Shown here in pieces: positions 61,293-64,000 of a stretch of 64,000 bases of DNA. Position numbers and translations under genes: made by a program. Positions within the stretch are counted from its first letter, which is position 1; every line of letters starts with the position of its first letter. This DNA comes from Leucoraja ocellata (Eukaryota). The stretch lies in contig JAWMAR010000346.1 in assembly GCA_036785375.1 (NCBI GenBank), positions 248,001 through 312,000 on the forward strand, read 5' to 3'. The notes under the pieces are model-generated. The model searched no databases. It was given only the letters and a program-made list of their open reading frames with translations, and had not been told where the DNA came from.

Positions 61293-64000
61293 GTTCAGGG
61301 TCTATTCCTTTTCTGCAGAGGTGCTGTCTGACCCGCTGAGTTACTCCAGCTTTTTGTGTCTATCTCCAAATTAAGAGTGCTGTTAGCCCCAATACGGACT
61401 GTGCCCTCTCATTCCAGATAGTTGTGCACCACATCCCACAGAAGCTACAGTCTACTGAATGTCTTCTGAATGAACCTACTTGAAGGTCCAACACAAAATT
61501 GTTTTGTGCCCAAGCACAGGATGCTTCAGGCAGTCAGTCTGTGCTCAGTTTAGTCAGTGGCATAGCAATAAAACAACAGTCCTTCAGGGGATCCCTGGTA
61601 GCTGCCAACAAAATAAAAATGTACTGGGTCCCAGTGAAGGAAACAGAGGTGTATTCAGGGGTGTAACCTGAACTGACAGTTTGCGGACAAGCAGTAATTC
61701 AATTTCTTAAATGCACATTGCTAATTGAGAAGCAATTGGGGCCAGGGGGCAGAGTCGTGTTCCAATTATAGGAGAAAAACGAGGCCAAATAAAATTCCAT
61801 CTGCACGTATTCCTTCAGCAGTCATATCAGATTATTTTTAATATGTGTAGCAGGAGTGAATTATGGTGTAGTGTGAATGCCAAATCAACCAACTGAAGGT
61901 AGATATGGAACCAGAGAGATGCTGCATAGGATAAATACAGGGTCCGTGCATTCATCCTGTTTGGTGGGGAGGGGGGGGGGGGGGGGGGGGGGGGTTATTA
62001 AAATCAAGGGAACAAGAAGAGCAAAGCATTCAGTCCCTGGAGCTCATTTTAACTTTCAACAAGATTTTACCTGATTTTACTATGGATGGCCACCTTTTAA
62101 CTATAACTGATTAGCAAAAATCCATGAATCCTGGATTTAAGATGAATTAAACTGGCATTGGTTGTCATTTAGTGACCAAGCCACAAATCTATTTTCATTT
62201 TTAACCTCTGAAAAGCCCAGTCGAACTGTGGCCCTTCTCCTAAATCAAAGCAAGTTTCCTTCTATCACTTTCTCCTAATAGCTGAAGACAACAATCTAAT
62301 TCTTCCTTAACCTGGTGTGTATAATCTACCCCTATAATTTAATCCTTCGAGCCAGCACAGCCATGATCACAATGAATGGCGGTGCTGGCTCGAAGGGCCG
62401 AATGGCCTCCTCCTGCACCTATTTTCTATGTTTCTATAGATAGATAGATAGATCCTTTATTGTCATTCAGACCTTTCGGTCTGAACGAAATTAGGCTACA
62501 TTCTGGTAAAATGATTCTGTAATCCTACATGTGTGGTGCTCAGAGACTTCCTGGTGTTATCTAACCAGGATTTTGCGTTGTTGAAGTTGTCACCACGATT
62601 TTTCAGATTGTTTGGGTGTAAAGACCATCCATTTACTGGTATAGAAAAGTCAGAACAACTAATGACATTTTAACGATCGATGGACTCAACCACAACTAAA
62701 CCATATCATTTCTGACCACCACTAATTTTAGTTTGACACTAGTTAAACTGCACTCATCACAATTATATGTCACATTAAAATTGCCTTTGGAAGCTAGTTC
62801 AAGAAGATGGGATCAGGAGCAGACACGTTGCATTAGCAGAAAGAGAGAGATTTGGGGTGTGTGGAGAAGTATTTTGTTTGGGGCAATGCAGGTTCATCCT
62901 ATCCTGAACCATACCACCACAACCATAGAGAAGTCCTGAACTACTATTCATCTCATTGGTGACCCTTGGACTATCCTTGATCGCACTTTGCTGGCTTTAC
63001 CTTGCACTAAACGTTATTCCCTCATCATTTATCTGCACACTGTAAATGGCTTATAATCATGTATTGTCTTTCTGCTGACTGGATAGCACACAAGAAAAGC
63101 TTTTCACAGTACCACAGTACACGTGACAATAAACTAAACTGAAAGGGTCAGTTGTCACCTGCCCCATAAACTAGACAAACTCCACAATGATGACAAGCAG
63201 AAAAGACAACGTTGTTCTGTAGCAACAAGACAAATGCAAGCCTGGGGTAAAACACTTCATCTTCCACTTTGCAGCCTCCGTCAAACTCAATACTGAATTC
63301 TCCAGTTGGCTAACAAACTATTTATTTCTACCTACACCAGAACTTGCCATTTCTGTTTGCCATCGTTTCTATTTTTGGACACTGTCCTCTTTGGCAATGG
63401 AGGAAAATATATACCTGGACAGGTGTGTATCCACATAAATCAGGTCATATACCATGTCCAGCCAGGCCTTTCATCCACTCCTCTACTGAAGAAATAAAAT
63501 GCCTGCACTTGCATGCAGCCTTGCAATTTCCTCAGCACATCTCCGAAGATCGTTCCACTGTTTCCACCAAAGTTGGTGTGTAAGTAATGAAACTTTCCTG
63601 CACACAAATGATAAGTGATGGCAATCACTGTTCACCCATCACAGTCACCTGTGCAACCCCTGTTCAGCTAGAAAAAGCAACAAGGAAGTAGAATGTGCCG
63701 CAAACTGATTAAACCAGTCTAAATAAATCAAAGGAAGCTTATTCAGGAGCTCTTTAAAGGTGTAAATATTACATACATCTTTGTTGTGAGTCCATCAGAA
63801 AAGTCAGCCTCAATGTCAGAATGCACCAAGCTGCTCACTTGGATAGATGGAGGAACAACACATCATAATTTGCATGGGCAGCATACAACCCAATTTCTCT
63901 AACTTTGTGACCCTCGCTTTCCCTCTCTCTCCATCCCTCCAGTTGTCACTGTCCTCCTGATCAATTTTACTGATTGTATGCCTCGTTGTCACCTTCCCCT

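Noticed and set aside
79-61370. Dispersed palindromic repeats considered as CRISPR or REP-like arrays
   Set aside because: Irregular spacing, both orientations, TSDs, a vertebrate context and no cas genes.
63420-63490. Minus-strand PGW motif (RPGWTWYMT) with an acceptor-like site, considered as the GAS7 WW exon
   Set aside because: All three frames hit stops before the donor, and there is no YYVN motif.

Overview
Eukaryotic vertebrate genomic DNA, almost certainly a cartilaginous fish (HE1-like V-SINEs and their CR1 partner LINEs; probably a skate or ray, species not determinable). The window appears to lie inside one minus-strand gene, GAS7 (growth arrest-specific 7, SH3/WW/F-BAR). Three coding exons are recognisable with GT-AG boundaries and compatible phases: 36421-36498, 28800-28885 and 25220-25273. 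The last has an in-frame 5' extension resembling the short GAS7a isoform start. I could not find the upstream WW exon or the downstream F-BAR exons, so they probably lie outside the window. The introns are dense with transposable elements: CR1, L2 and Rex1/Babar LINE fragments, HE1-like SINEs, a Tc1 end, hAT and Harbinger-like MITEs, an 810-bp foldback and a probable Helitron. The most notable signal is more than 30 (by eye) short Penelope-like (PLE) 3'-end copies carrying a minimal hammerhead-ribozyme core. They fall into two subfamilies, often have 9-18 bp target-site duplications, and often fold back at the ribozyme core. Unique intronic DNA also carries several RFX X-box motifs. There are two assembly gaps. 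No CRISPR, rRNA or true tRNA genes were seen. All assignments come from reading the sequence and from recalled family consensus; no database search was run. TE boundaries are approximate unless TSDs or TIRs are quoted.
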